Shown here piece after piece: positions 19,516 to 33,996 of a stretch of DNA of 46,347 nucleotides. Numbering within the stretch: position 1 is the stretch's first letter; each line of letters starts with the position of its first letter. The position numbers were made by a program, and so were the translations under genes. The notes beneath the pieces were generated by a model, which saw only the letters and a program-made list of their open reading frames with translations, did no database searches and was not told the origin of the DNA. Origin of the DNA: a bacterium (GTDB lineage Bacteria; Patescibacteriota; Minisyncoccia; Minisyncoccales; CG1-02-41-26). The DNA is taken from NCBI GenBank assembly GCA_030619905.1, contig JAUXAO010000001.1, forward strand, positions 1-46,347, given 5' to 3'.

Positions 19516-19713
19516 ATGCATTGTTATTTTTGCCGACACAATACAAAAGAGATTGATTTTATTGAGACAGAAACTCTTAAACCTTTTATTTCCCTTTTAG
19601 GAAAAATAAAAGCCAGAAAAAAAACTGGACTCTGTTCTCGTCATCAAAAACAAGTATCTCAGGCAATTAAAAGAGCAAGAGAACTTGCTCTCTTGCCTTA
19701 TACAAAAAAATAA
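19516..19713 (+). CDS. rpsR: 30S ribosomal protein S18 (Zn-ribbon type)
   Basis: CYFC, GKI...TGLC..HQ, AIKRARELALLPY. Confidence 0.95.
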   Translation: MHCYFCRHNTKEIDFIETETLKPFISLLGKIKARKKTGLCSRHQKQVSQAIKRARELALLPYTKK

Positions 19714-19716
19714 ATA

Positions 19717-20703
19717 TCAGATTTGCTTTTTTATCTCTTTTTTTATTTCTTGAACTGTTTTGGGATTTTTCTTCAAAAATTCTTTGGCCCCTTCTATTCC
19801 CTGGCCTATTTTTTTTGTTTCAAATTCATACCAAGACCCTTTTTTCTTTATAATTCCGTAGTTTAAACCAGTATTAATAAGGTCGGCCAGTTTGGAAATT
19901 CCTTCGTTATAATAAATATCAAATTCAGCAATTTTAAAAGGAGCAGCTACTTTGTTCTTCACAATTTTTGCTTTAATCCTTGAACCTATAATTTCATCTT
20001 TTCTTTTAATCTGGGCAATTCTTGTCAACCTTATCCTTACTGAAGAGTAGAATTTTAGGGCCATTCCTCCAGGCGTTGTTTCAGGATTTCCAAACATGAC
20101 TCCAATCTTCATTCTAGTTTGATTTAAGAAGACAATTGACGTTCTGGTTTTAGAAACAATACTAGATAACATTCTTAATGCTTGACTCATTAATCTGGCT
20201 TGGCGGCCTATGTGCTGGTCACCGATTTCTCCTTCAATCTCAGCTTTGGGAGTTAAAGCAGCTACTGAGTCAATTACGATTACATCAACTGCTTTCGATC
20301 GGACTAAAGTCTCGACAATCTGCAAAGCCTGTTCCCCAGAATCAGGTTGGGAAATTAAAAGATTATCAACATTTACTCCAATTTTTTTGGCATACCCAGG
20401 ATCTAAAGCATGCTCAGCATCAATAAAAGCCCCTATCCCTCCTTTTTTCTGGGCTTCAGCTAAAATGTGCAGAGCCAAGGTAGTCTTTCCAGTGCTTTCT
20501 GGTCCAAATATTTCAATCACTCTCCCTTTTGGCACTCCGCCAACTCCTAAAGCCGAATCTAAAGAGATTGAACCTGTAGGAATAACATCAACATCCACTC
20601 GTTTGACATCATCTAACTTCATCACTGCCCCTTCTCCAAATCTTTGCTTTATCTCTTCTAGGGCATCATCAAGGCCTTTATGTTCTTTTTTTTCTTTTGC
20701 CAT
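19717..20703 (-). CDS. recA: Recombinase RecA
   Basis: [33 protein letters not shown]. Confidence 0.98.
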   Translation of the reverse strand: MAKEKKEHKGLDDALEEIKQRFGEGAVMKLDDVKRVDVDVIPTGSISLDSALGVGGVPKGRVIEIFGPESTGKTTLALHILAEAQKKGGIGAFIDAEHALDPGYAKKIGVNVDNLLISQPDSGEQALQIVETLVRSKAVDVIVIDSVAALTPKAEIEGEIGDQHIGRQARLMSQALRMLSSIVSKTRTSIVFLNQTRMKIGVMFGNPETTPGGMALKFYSSVRIRLTRIAQIKRKDEIIGSRIKAKIVKNKVAAPFKIAEFDIYYNEGISKLADLINTGLNYGIIKKKGSWYEFETKKIGQGIEGAKEFLKKNPKTVQEIKKEIKKQI

Positions 20704-20748
20704 ACTTTTCTATTTTATCACTAATTATTGATAATTGATAATTTTAAA

Positions 20749-22923
20749 TTATACTTTCTGCCAGTCATCATTCTCCTCTTTGGTGCCGTTTTCTTTTAAA
20801 TATACTTTTCTTGGTTTTGCCCCTTCTCCAGGACCTATGATTCCTCTATTCTCTAATAAGTCCAAAAGTCGAGCCGCTCTAGCATAACCAACTCTTAGTC
20901 TCCTTTGAAGTAAAGAGGCAGACGCTTTATTTGCTTCAATTACTACTCGTTTTGCTTCCTCATATAAAGAATCATCTTCAAGCATAGAAATTTCCGAAGA
21001 ATCCGTCTGTTCTTCTAACTCTTTTTCCAAACTTTCCTCAAGCGTTTCTTCTCCTTCCTTTTCCACGAGATTTTCTTTTTTACAAAAAGCAACTACTTTT
21101 TTGACTTCACGTGGAGAAATATATGCACCTTGAATTCTTTTCGGCTTTGATAATTGAGAAGAGATGAAAAGCATGTCTCCTCCACCCAAAAGGGTCTCAG
21201 CACCAGCACCATCTAAAATTGTTCTGGAATCAATCTGGGAAGCTACCTGAAAGGCAATCCGGGAAGTGATATTCGCTTTAATCAGGCCAGTGATTACCTC
21301 AACTGAAGGTCGCTGAGTAGCCACTACTAAATGAATACCAACTGCTCTTGCCATTTGAGACAATCTTACAATCCCTGCTTCAACTTCCCTCCCTTTAGCA
21401 GCCATTAAATCAGCCAATTCATCGATAATTAAAACAATATATGGCATAACTTCGGATTCCTCTTTTTTCCTATTAGCATTTCTACTCAACATCTCATTAT
21501 AATTTGATATGTCCCTTGCTTTTACAGCAGACAATACTTCGAATCTTCTTTCCATTTCACCTGTTAGCCAGTTTAGAACATTTATTGTTTTTTGAGCGCT
21601 AAAGATTATAGGACCAAGAAGATGTGGTAGTCCACTGTAAACCGGGAATTCAACTCTTTTAGGATCAATTAAAATAAACTTTAAATTCTGGGGAGAATTT
21701 CGATAAATCAAACTCAGAATTAAAGAGTTCAGACAAATGGTTTTTCCTGAACCAGTGGAACCGGCCACTAAAAGATGAGGCATTTTCCCTAAGTCAGCAA
21801 AAAGTGGCTTTCCCGAAACATCCCTGCCTAAGGAAAAAGTCAGAGGCAAAGGCGAATCCTGAAAACTAGGAGAGCTAATCAAGTCCCGCAAGCGGACAGC
21901 TGCTCGAGTCTTATTTGGCACCTCGATTCCCACCAAAGAGCGACCGGGAATTGGTGCTTCAATTCTTAATGGATGAGCAGCTAAAGCCAAAGAAAGATTG
22001 CTGGTTAGAGCTGTAATTCTTGACAACTTTACTCCTTCAGCCGGTTTTAAAGTATACTGAGTAACAGTGGGGCCGACATTTATTTCTGACATTTCGACCT
22101 GAATACCAAAATTCTGCAATGTTTTTTTAATTTGTAATGAATTAGTTTCGATATCGCCAGTACTAACTGCTTTTTCATGATTAATCTCCAGAAGATTAAG
22201 AGGAGGAAATTTATATTGAGCAGACTCTTTAATCGCTAATCCAGATTCCTCTAATCCTCCAGCAAATAATTCTTCTTTTTTTAATAAATCTTCTGAAGTT
22301 TTTTCTCTCTCATCTTTTTTAATTAAAGGAGGACTAATGTCTTTCAACTGGAATTCTATCTTTTTCTTTTCAATTTCTTCAGAAGTTTGAGAAGGAATTT
22401 CCTTTTTCAGAAATATTTTTTTATGAGGTAGAAACTCCCAAAAAATTAACAGACCTATAAAGATAAAAACAAAAAAAATAATAAGTGTTACCCAGGGACC
22501 AAGATAACTCAAAAGAGGATATGAGCTAATGTAACCTATCCATCCCCCTTCTCTTTGAGTTAAATCCTTTGAACCTAACATGCCTGAAATTCCTAAAATT
22601 AAAAGAGCCACAGCTAAAAAGATAGGGGTTACTAATCTTTTCTTTTCCGATCTTAAAAAGACCAAACCTGCCAATACTAGAAATAAAGGAATAAGAAATA
22701 TCGTTTTCCCGACTAAGATATAGATTCCCTGAAAAAGCAAATCTCCAGCAATTCCTGATTGATCAAAAAAAGAAAGACCAATAATAATGGCCGTTAAAAA
22801 TATTAAAACTACCCCGATCATTCTTCTCAATCTCGAAGTAAAAACGGGATAATTTCCTCTTTCTTTAACATTATTCATTCTCCTTGAAATCTTTTTATCC
22901 TTTTCTTTTTTTCTCTTTTTCAT
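20749..22923 (-). CDS. ftsK: DNA translocase FtsK/SpoIIIE
   Basis: N-terminal TM domain, RIEAPIPG, HLLVAGSTGSGKT, IDELADLM, gamma domain LLQRRLRVGYARAARL. Confidence 0.96.
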   Translation of the reverse strand: MKKRKKEKDKKISRRMNNVKERGNYPVFTSRLRRMIGVVLIFLTAIIIGLSFFDQSGIAGDLLFQGIYILVGKTIFLIPLFLVLAGLVFLRSEKKRLVTPIFLAVALLILGISGMLGSKDLTQREGGWIGYISSYPLLSYLGPWVTLIIFFVFIFIGLLIFWEFLPHKKIFLKKEIPSQTSEEIEKKKIEFQLKDISPPLIKKDEREKTSEDLLKKEELFAGGLEESGLAIKESAQYKFPPLNLLEINHEKAVSTGDIETNSLQIKKTLQNFGIQVEMSEINVGPTVTQYTLKPAEGVKLSRITALTSNLSLALAAHPLRIEAPIPGRSLVGIEVPNKTRAAVRLRDLISSPSFQDSPLPLTFSLGRDVSGKPLFADLGKMPHLLVAGSTGSGKTICLNSLILSLIYRNSPQNLKFILIDPKRVEFPVYSGLPHLLGPIIFSAQKTINVLNWLTGEMERRFEVLSAVKARDISNYNEMLSRNANRKKEESEVMPYIVLIIDELADLMAAKGREVEAGIVRLSQMARAVGIHLVVATQRPSVEVITGLIKANITSRIAFQVASQIDSRTILDGAGAETLLGGGDMLFISSQLSKPKRIQGAYISPREVKKVVAFCKKENLVEKEGEETLEESLEKELEEQTDSSEISMLEDDSLYEEAKRVVIEANKASASLLQRRLRVGYARAARLLDLLENRGIIGPGEGAKPRKVYLKENGTKEENDDWQKV

Positions 22924-25900
22924 TTCTTAAATCCAGTGCCAGCTGGTATCAGCTTCCCTATTATAACATTCTCCTTGAGGCCGCGCAATTTATCCTCTTT
23001 ACCCTCAAGACAACTTTTAATCAAAACCCTAGAAGTTTCCTGGAAAGAAGCTGCTGAAAGAAAACTATCTGAAGTTAAAGAAACTTTGGAAATACCAAGA
23101 AAAATAGGGGAGGCCTTAGGTAAAATTTTCTTCTTTTCCTTTAATTCATTCTTCACTTCCTCAAACTCTGCTCTGGTTATAATCTGGCCTGGTAGCCAGC
23201 TGCTGTCACCTCCATCTTTAATTTTCACTCTGGAAAACATCTGCCTGGTTATCATCTCAATATGCTTGCTATGAATACTTACTCCTTCCGAAGAATAGAT
23301 TCTTTTAACCTCTCTGGTAATATAACGTTTGGTTTCTTCTGGACCTTGAGTTTTAAGGACTTTTCTCAAGTTCAAACTTCCTTCACAAAGCTGCTGGCCT
23401 TTTCCAATTCTTTCTCCTTTTTCAACCCAAATACCCATGCCTAATGGGATTTCATATTCTCCAATGCTTTTCTTCCCATTTTCCTTCTGTCCTACAATGG
23501 TTATAATTCTCTCTTTTAAATCTATCTTTTTCACTAGGCCGGCTATCTCAGATATAACTGCCTCTCCTTTTGGTTCTCTAAGCTCAAAAATTTCTTCTAC
23601 TCTAGGTAAACCCTGGGTAATATCTCCTCCCCCAGCAACCCCTCCTAAGTGAAATGTTCTTAAAGTTAACTGAGTGCCAGGTTCGCCTATTGATTGAGCA
23701 GCTATAATTCCTGCTGTTTCTCCTATCCTTACCAGTTTATTTTTACCCATTTCCCAGCCATAACATTTTTGACAGACACCTCTTAAAGTTTTACAGCTCA
23801 AAGGAGAATAAACCCTCACTTCTTCAATTAAAGAGTGATCAATTATTTTTGCTTTTTCCCAATTTATAATTTCTCCAGCTTTTACTATTTTAACTTTTGA
23901 TTTGGGGTGTTTAATGTCTTCCAGCGTTATTCTCCCTACAATTTCAAAAGCAAAATCCTGTCCAATATCTTTAGAATCTTTTCGGCGTAAAACTACACCA
24001 TTTTTATCACCACAATCTTCCTCTCTAACAACTAATTCATGGGAAACATCAATAAGACGTCTGGTCAGATAACCACCAGCTGAAGTTCTTAAAGCAGTAT
24101 CAGCTGTCCCCTTCCTGGCACCATGAGTAGAAATAAAATACTCCAAAATATCGAGTCCTTCTTTAAAAGAATGTTTTATGGGAAGTTCAATTATTCTTCC
24201 GGCTGGATTAGTCACTAATCCTTTCATGCCAGCCATTTGAACAGGCTGTTCCCAGGAACCTCGAGAACCCGAACCAACAATAGAAATAACTGGTCCGTCT
24301 TTAGGTAAGGTTTTTATTACTAATTTTTCAATTTTTTCCTTCACATCCTGCCAGGTTTCAATCACTTTAGCGCTTTTTTCCTCTAAACTTAAAAGTCCTT
24401 TTTTGTAGTGTTTTTTAATGAGATCAACTTTTTCTTTGGCTTCTTTCAATAATTCTTTTTTCTCTTTAGGAACGATCAAATCATCCATTCCCCAACTAAT
24501 TCCTGACAGGGTAGAATATTCAAATCCTAGTTCTTTAATTTTGTCTAAGGTTTGTTCAGTTTCATCTTCATTATATTTTTCAATCATGTCGGCTGTAATT
24601 TTGGAAAGAATTTTAAAATTAATATGTTCATTAAAATAAGGATAATCTTCTGGCATAGCTTGATTAAAAATAATCCGGCCAGCTGTAGTTTCTATTAATT
24701 GTTTTGAACTTGCTTCTTTAATTTTTTTCTTTAAAGAAGAACTCAAAACCTTGATTTTAGCCTGAAGGTCAATCTTTCTTAATTCATAGGCCAAGATAAC
24801 TTCTTCCGACCCAGAAAAGTTTTTTCCTTCGCCTTGAGCTCCCTCTTTGATTTCAGTTAAAAAATAACAACCTAAAACAATATCTTGAGATGGACTAACA
24901 ACTGGAAGTCCGGTAGAAGGTTTAAGAAGATTTTTAACAGAAAACATTAAATTTCTGGCTTCTTTCTGAGCGTTTTCAGATAAAGGAAGATGGACAGCCA
25001 TTTGATCGCCATCAAAGTCAGCATTAAACGCTTTACAAACCAAAGGATGAATTTTTATTGCTTCGCCTTCAATAAGAATCGGCTGGAAGGCCTGAATACC
25101 TAAACGATGAAGAGTAGGAGCTCGATTGAGCAAAACCAATTTATCCTTTACTACTTCTTCTAAGGATTCCCAAACTTCATCTGATCCTTCCTCAACCAGT
25201 TTTGAAGCTCCACGGATATTGTAAGCTAATTCTTTATCAAGCAGTTTTTTAATAACAAACGGTCGAAAAAGCTCCAGAGCCATTATTTTTGGCAAACCGC
25301 ACTGAGAAAGTTTAAGTTTTGGACCTATAGCAATAACCGACCTTCCTGAATAATCCACCCTTTTCCCTAAAAGATTCTTCCTAAACCTTCCTTGTTTTCC
25401 TTTTAAAGTATCAGCTAAAGATTTTAAAAGCCGTCTTCCACCAGTAGTAGCAGTTGTGGTCTGTCCTTTGCGCATTCCATTGTCCAGAAGGGCATCAACC
25501 GCCTCCTGAAGCATTCTTTTTTCGTTCCGAATAATAACTTCGGGAGCAGAAATTTCAATAAGATATTTAAGGCGGTTATTTCTGTTAATTACTCTTCGAT
25601 AAAGGTCGTTTAAATCTGAAGAGGCGTATCTTCCGCCATCTAATTGAACCATGGGCCGCAATTCCGGAGGCAAGACAGGTAAAGTTTCTAAAAACATCCA
25701 CTCTGGCCTGATTTTTGCTTTCTCCATCCATTGAAAGAACCTTAATCTTCTTAAAATCTTGAGTCTGGGAGAAGCAATTGCTTTTTCAGCTTGTTTCTTC
25801 AATTGACTGATAATTTTTTTTAGGTCAATTTTTTCAAATATTTTTCTCAAGGTCTCGGCTCCAGTTCCGGCTTCAAAAATCTCCCCATATTTTAAAGACA

Positions 25901-26492
25901 AACTCCAATATGCAGTCTCTGATAAAACTTTTAGTAATTTTAATCCCAAAACTTCTTCTCTGGCTACGTCTCTGGCTTTTTTTAATTCATCTTTACCAAA
26001 TTTTTTGCTTTTGTCTCTGGATTTTGATTTGTGTTCCTCATCAATCTCGTGAAGGATTCTCTTTTTTGCTTCCTCATTCACTTCCGTAATAATGTAGGCG
26101 GCAAAGTAAATCACTTTTTCCAACTGCTGCATTGATACATCCAAAACTAATCCTATTCTGGAAGGAACTCCTCTTAAAAACCAGATATGAGAACAAGGCG
26201 TGGCTAATTTTATATGTCCCATCCTTTCTCTTCTAACTGAACTTCTGGTGACTTCAACTCCACATCTATCACAAACAACTCCTTTATACCTGATACCCTT
26301 GTATTTTCCACAGTAACATTCGTAGTCTTTTGTAGGACCAAAAATTTTCTCGCAAAACAAACCGTCTTTCTCGGGTTTCTGAGTACGATAATTAATGGTT
26401 TCTGGTTTAATCACTTCACCTTGCGACCAATCTAAAATGTCTTTAGATGAGGCAAGCTTAATCCTTATCGATTCTAAACTAGAGATTCGCAT
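22920..26492 (-). CDS. rpoC: RNA polymerase beta' subunit
   Basis: GLFCEKIFGP, NADFDGD, SIGEPGTQLTLRTFH, GLKENVI. Confidence 0.98.
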   Translation of the reverse strand: MRISSLESIRIKLASSKDILDWSQGEVIKPETINYRTQKPEKDGLFCEKIFGPTKDYECYCGKYKGIRYKGVVCDRCGVEVTRSSVRRERMGHIKLATPCSHIWFLRGVPSRIGLVLDVSMQQLEKVIYFAAYIITEVNEEAKKRILHEIDEEHKSKSRDKSKKFGKDELKKARDVAREEVLGLKLLKVLSETAYWSLSLKYGEIFEAGTGAETLRKIFEKIDLKKIISQLKKQAEKAIASPRLKILRRLRFFQWMEKAKIRPEWMFLETLPVLPPELRPMVQLDGGRYASSDLNDLYRRVINRNNRLKYLIEISAPEVIIRNEKRMLQEAVDALLDNGMRKGQTTTATTGGRRLLKSLADTLKGKQGRFRKNLLGKRVDYSGRSVIAIGPKLKLSQCGLPKIMALELFRPFVIKKLLDKELAYNIRGASKLVEEGSDEVWESLEEVVKDKLVLLNRAPTLHRLGIQAFQPILIEGEAIKIHPLVCKAFNADFDGDQMAVHLPLSENAQKEARNLMFSVKNLLKPSTGLPVVSPSQDIVLGCYFLTEIKEGAQGEGKNFSGSEEVILAYELRKIDLQAKIKVLSSSLKKKIKEASSKQLIETTAGRIIFNQAMPEDYPYFNEHINFKILSKITADMIEKYNEDETEQTLDKIKELGFEYSTLSGISWGMDDLIVPKEKKELLKEAKEKVDLIKKHYKKGLLSLEEKSAKVIETWQDVKEKIEKLVIKTLPKDGPVISIVGSGSRGSWEQPVQMAGMKGLVTNPAGRIIELPIKHSFKEGLDILEYFISTHGARKGTADTALRTSAGGYLTRRLIDVSHELVVREEDCGDKNGVVLRRKDSKDIGQDFAFEIVGRITLEDIKHPKSKVKIVKAGEIINWEKAKIIDHSLIEEVRVYSPLSCKTLRGVCQKCYGWEMGKNKLVRIGETAGIIAAQSIGEPGTQLTLRTFHLGGVAGGGDITQGLPRVEEIFELREPKGEAVISEIAGLVKKIDLKERIITIVGQKENGKKSIGEYEIPLGMGIWVEKGERIGKGQQLCEGSLNLRKVLKTQGPEETKRYITREVKRIYSSEGVSIHSKHIEMITRQMFSRVKIKDGGDSSWLPGQIITRAEFEEVKNELKEKKKILPKASPIFLGISKVSLTSDSFLSAASFQETSRVLIKSCLEGKEDKLRGLKENVIIGKLIPAGTGFKK

Positions 26493-26513
26493 ATTATCAA
26501 TAATTAATTATGA

Positions 26514-29500
26514 CTATTCTCTTTTTTCCTTTATTTCCACTCCTATACCTAGGGATTTTAATTCCAAGGCCAGTAAATTGAAAGAAGCTGGCACATTGAG
26601 GTTTTTTATTGGTTCCCCTTTCAAAATTGCTTCATAGGCAGCTCCTCTTCCTTGAATATCATCTGATTTTATGGTTAACATCTCTTGGAGAGTATAAGAC
26701 GCTCCGTAACCCTCTAAACTCCAGACTTCCATTTCTCCAAATCTCTGACCTCCAAACTGAGCTTTCCCTCCTAATGGCTGCTGAGTTATCAAAGAATAAG
26801 GACCTATGGACCTCATATGGATTTTATCTTCAACCATATGAACCAATTTCATCATATAGATATAACCTATTGTTACCTTCCTCGGGAAGTGTTCCCCTGT
26901 TTTCCCGTCATATAAAGTTACCTGGCCTGATTCTGGGAAACCTGATTTTTTTAATTCTTCTTTAATATCTTGTTCATCTGCTCCTAATAAAGCCGGACTA
27001 ATTGCCAGATATCCTAATTTCTTAGCAGCTAAACCAAGATGCGTCTCAAGAATTTGTCCGATGTTCATCCTGGAAACTACACCCATTGGGTTTAAAACAA
27101 CATCAATCGGTGTTCCGTCTTTCAAAAAAGGCATTTCTTCCTCTGGTAAGATTTTTGAAATTACTCCCTTGTTACCATGTCTGCCAGCCACTTTATCACC
27201 AACCTTAATCTTTCTAACCTGGGCTACCTCTACTTTTATTCTTTTTAAAACTCCGGGCTCTAATTTATCACCTTTTTCTCTGGAAAAAATCTTTACTGAA
27301 ATTACTCTTCCTTTCTTCCCATGTTCCACCTTTAAAGAACTATCCTTAATATCTTTTGCTTTCTCACCAAAAATCGCTCTAAGTAATCTCTCTTCAGCTG
27401 TTAGACCGGTCTCTCCTTTTGGAGAGATTTTTCCTACTAATATGTCACCAGGTCCTACCTCGGCTCCAATCCTAATAATTCCTTCTTCGTCCAAGTCTTT
27501 TAATTTTTCCTCTCCGATATTTGGGATATCACAAGTAGTAAGTTCTGGACCTAACTTTGTTTCTCTAACATCGCAAGTAAAATCTTCAATATGCAAAGAA
27601 GTAAAAACATCATCTTTTACTAATTTTTCAGAGATACAAATAGCATCTTCAAAATTTCCCCCTCTCAATGGCAGAAAAGCAACCAGGATGTTTCTACCCA
27701 AAGCTAACCGTCCTTTGTCAATTGCTGTTCCATCTGCCAGAACTTCTCCTTTTTTTACTTTCTGTCCCTTAACTACCCGGGGTCTTTGATGAAAACATGT
27801 ATATTGATTGCTTCGAACAAAAGTCCGAAGATTGTAAGTTATTTCCTTTTTTTTACTTTTGAATTTAATATGGGAAGCATCAACTGAAATCACTTTGCCG
27901 TCTTCAGGCGCTAATATTTCCTCTCCAGAATCACGAGCCACATTTCTTTCCACTCCGGTCCCTACTAGAGGTGCTTGTGGTCGGACCAATGGCACTGATT
28001 GCCGCTGCATATTTGAACCCATCAAAGCCCGACCAGCATCATCATTTTGCAAAAATGGAATCAGAGCCGTGGCCACGCTAATAGGCTGTTTTGAAGAAAC
28101 ATCTATAAAATCAATTTCTTCCCTCTTAATTAACGTTGGTTCTCCTTTTTTTCTGGCTTCAACTTCTTTGTCTAAAATATTTCCATTTTTATCCATCTTG
28201 ACCCCAGCATGAGTAATATTATATTTTTCTTCCTCGTCTGCTGTCATATAACAAGCTTCCTTGCTTACTTTTCCATTTTTAACCCGAAAATATGGCGTTT
28301 CTAAAAAGCCATAAGGATTAATCCTTGTAAAACAGGACAAATGATTAATTAAACCAACATTTTGGCCCTCAGGAGTCTGTATTGGACAAATTCTCCCATA
28401 ATGAGAAGGCTGGACATCCCTGACCTCAAAGCCGGCTCTTTCTCGGGTCAATCCTCCCGGACCAGTAGCTGTTAGTCGTCTTTTATGTTCCAATTCAGAT
28501 AAGGGATTTTCATTGTCCATAAACTGAGATAATTGAGAAGAGCCAAAAAATTCTTGAAGCACAGCCATAACAGGTCGAGGATTAACAACCTGGGAAGCAG
28601 TTAAGGTAGATGCTTCTAAGGTTGACATTTTATCTCTAACAATTCTCTCCATTCTCATAAAACCCACCCTTAATCTATTTTGTAGAATTTCATGAAGGGT
28701 TCTTATCCTCCGATTTCCCAAATGGTCAATTTGGTCGGGTCGAGCGAGAGGGTCGTTATTCAAACGAATAATTTCCGCTATTACAGCAATAAGATCTTCT
28801 CCCTTTAAAACACGGTCTTCTTCTTTAATCTCCTGATTTTTTTGCATTTTCAACTCTGAAAGCCGCTGGCTCATTTTCCACCTTCCCACTTTGCTGAGGT
28901 CATATCTCTGAAAATTACAGAACATATTCCAAATCAATTCCTTGGCCGCATCAGGGCCAGCCAAATCTCCTGGTCTTAATTTTCTGTAAATTTCGACAAA
29001 AGCCTCTGGTTGATTGTGGGCATTATCTCTTTTAAGAGTTTTTTCAATATATTTAATTTTACCTTTATCAATATTTTTGAATCTCTTATTTATTTCTTTA
29101 TCATCTTTTAAACCAAAAACTCTTAATAAAGTAGTGGCCGCCACTTTTCTTTCACGATTTATCCGAACTGCAATAAAACCTGATGATTCAGTCTCAAATT
29201 CCAACCAAGCTCCTCGAGAAGGAATAACTTTTGCTCCAAAAAGATTCCTGCCTTGAGAAGATTTGGCAGTAAAAAAAACTCCCGGTGAACGAATTAACTG
29301 AGAGATTACAACTCTTTCAACTCCATTGACAACAAAAGTTCCCTTCTCAGTCATCAAAGGGAAATCAGTTAAGAAAACTTCCTGTTCTTTTGTTTTATCA
29401 GTCTTCAGATTACGAAGAATAGCTCTTACCCTTAATGGAGCGTCATAAGAATCATTATTCTTTCTAGCCTCAAGACCGTCCTTGTATTTTGGTTTCCCAA

Positions 29501-29681
29501 GTTTGTAATCTTTAAAAGTAAGTTCAAACTGCTTTTTAGTATAATCTTGAATGGGAAAAATTTCTTCAAGAAGTTCTTTCAAGCTATGGTTCCAAAACCA
29601 TTCCCAACTTTCTTTTTGAAGAGATAAGAGAGATGGGAGAGGAAAAGAGAGTTTGGATTTTGAAAAATTTTTAATTTTCAT
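26514..29681 (-). CDS. rpoB: RNA polymerase beta subunit (ATG start at 29681 preferred)
   Basis: NGVERV, DHLGNRR, SQLSQFMD, GSNMQRQ, GDKVAGRHGNKG, GGQRFGEME. Confidence 0.98.
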   Translation of the reverse strand: MKIKNFSKSKLSFPLPSLLSLQKESWEWFWNHSLKELLEEIFPIQDYTKKQFELTFKDYKLGKPKYKDGLEARKNNDSYDAPLRVRAILRNLKTDKTKEQEVFLTDFPLMTEKGTFVVNGVERVVISQLIRSPGVFFTAKSSQGRNLFGAKVIPSRGAWLEFETESSGFIAVRINRERKVAATTLLRVFGLKDDKEINKRFKNIDKGKIKYIEKTLKRDNAHNQPEAFVEIYRKLRPGDLAGPDAAKELIWNMFCNFQRYDLSKVGRWKMSQRLSELKMQKNQEIKEEDRVLKGEDLIAVIAEIIRLNNDPLARPDQIDHLGNRRIRTLHEILQNRLRVGFMRMERIVRDKMSTLEASTLTASQVVNPRPVMAVLQEFFGSSQLSQFMDNENPLSELEHKRRLTATGPGGLTRERAGFEVRDVQPSHYGRICPIQTPEGQNVGLINHLSCFTRINPYGFLETPYFRVKNGKVSKEACYMTADEEEKYNITHAGVKMDKNGNILDKEVEARKKGEPTLIKREEIDFIDVSSKQPISVATALIPFLQNDDAGRALMGSNMQRQSVPLVRPQAPLVGTGVERNVARDSGEEILAPEDGKVISVDASHIKFKSKKKEITYNLRTFVRSNQYTCFHQRPRVVKGQKVKKGEVLADGTAIDKGRLALGRNILVAFLPLRGGNFEDAICISEKLVKDDVFTSLHIEDFTCDVRETKLGPELTTCDIPNIGEEKLKDLDEEGIIRIGAEVGPGDILVGKISPKGETGLTAEERLLRAIFGEKAKDIKDSSLKVEHGKKGRVISVKIFSREKGDKLEPGVLKRIKVEVAQVRKIKVGDKVAGRHGNKGVISKILPEEEMPFLKDGTPIDVVLNPMGVVSRMNIGQILETHLGLAAKKLGYLAISPALLGADEQDIKEELKKSGFPESGQVTLYDGKTGEHFPRKVTIGYIYMMKLVHMVEDKIHMRSIGPYSLITQQPLGGKAQFGGQRFGEMEVWSLEGYGASYTLQEMLTIKSDDIQGRGAAYEAILKGEPIKNLNVPASFNLLALELKSLGIGVEIKEKRE

Positions 29682-29979
29682 AATCTTGCCAAATTCTATA
29701 AAGAATTGAGGTTCTGCCAAAAGCAGATTATTAATTAGAAAAAATATTCCTTAAAAAACTAAAAAGCGCCCTTATTCAAAAGGATCCTCATTAATGATAA
29801 ATTATCAATGGGTTAATAATAAACAATAATTGATAAATAGTCAACAATAAATAATAAATGATGCATTATCGCTACTCACTACCTTAGAATTTTTCCTTAT
29901 CCCCTTTCTGTAGATCGAATATACTGGACATATTAATTCTTTACCAAAGAACATACATCTTTGCATCATTCATCACTAC

Positions 29980-30007
29980 ATTATGACTTATTAAATATTC
30001 CTGTCAA
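29980..30007 (-). promoter_or_regulatory. Candidate promoter of rpoBC
   Basis: TTGACA (30007-30002), 16-nt spacer, CATAAT (29985-29980). Confidence 0.5.
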
Positions 30008-30026
30008 GACCTGCTTACAAATAATT

Positions 30027-33457
<3,431 letters not shown>

Positions 33458-33458
33458 A

Positions 33459-33992
33459 TTAATATTCAATATCTAAGTCTCTTTGGGAAATAGTTGTTTG
33501 AAGATTTAATTTTTGAGGTTTTGCTTCTTTTGTTTGGATCTCTATAACAATTGTTACTTTTGGCTGAAGTTCATCATCCTGACATCCTCCCGAAACCCTA
33601 AAAACAAGTTTGTTCACTTGAAAATTGTCCGAAGTTAGAGCAGTAAATCCAGAGGCAGGCTCTTTTTGCTCTTTTATCTGTCCATTTTGTAAAATAAATT
33701 CCTGCTGTTTTCCATTATAATTTAAAAATCTTATATAATTTGCCTCACTATCCGAAGGTTCAAAATTACAACCAGCAGAAACATAAGTCCCCATCAAATC
33801 TTTTTTGGCCATTCTTATGGTCCGACTCATATACTCAATAGTGTAAGATGTACTGTTAGAAAGTGTCTGCATGGCCAAACTCTTTCTTTGGCTTTCAATA
33901 CCAGCATTAAAAAGACCTATAGCTGAAATCATAACAATCGAAAAGATAGTCATAGATACGAGAAGCTCAATTAAAGTAAAACCTCTTTTCAT
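33459..33992 (-). CDS. Type IV minor pilin (PilW-like)
   Basis: MKRG|FTLIELLV class III signal; C-terminal LQTTISQR. Confidence 0.85.
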   Translation of the reverse strand: MKRGFTLIELLVSMTIFSIVMISAIGLFNAGIESQRKSLAMQTLSNSTSYTIEYMSRTIRMAKKDLMGTYVSAGCNFEPSDSEANYIRFLNYNGKQQEFILQNGQIKEQKEPASGFTALTSDNFQVNKLVFRVSGGCQDDELQPKVTIVIEIQTKEAKPQKLNLQTTISQRDLDIEY

Positions 33993-33996
33993 AGTA

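Noticed and set aside
19717-29681. Inteins or introns in recA, ftsK, rpoC, rpoB
   Set aside because: Proteins are of normal or compact length with continuous motifs.
29841-29969. 42-codon minus-strand ORF (MMQRCMFFGKELIC...) in the rpoB leader
   Set aside because: No recognisable family, and its end runs into the heptamer repeats; cannot be supported without conservation data.
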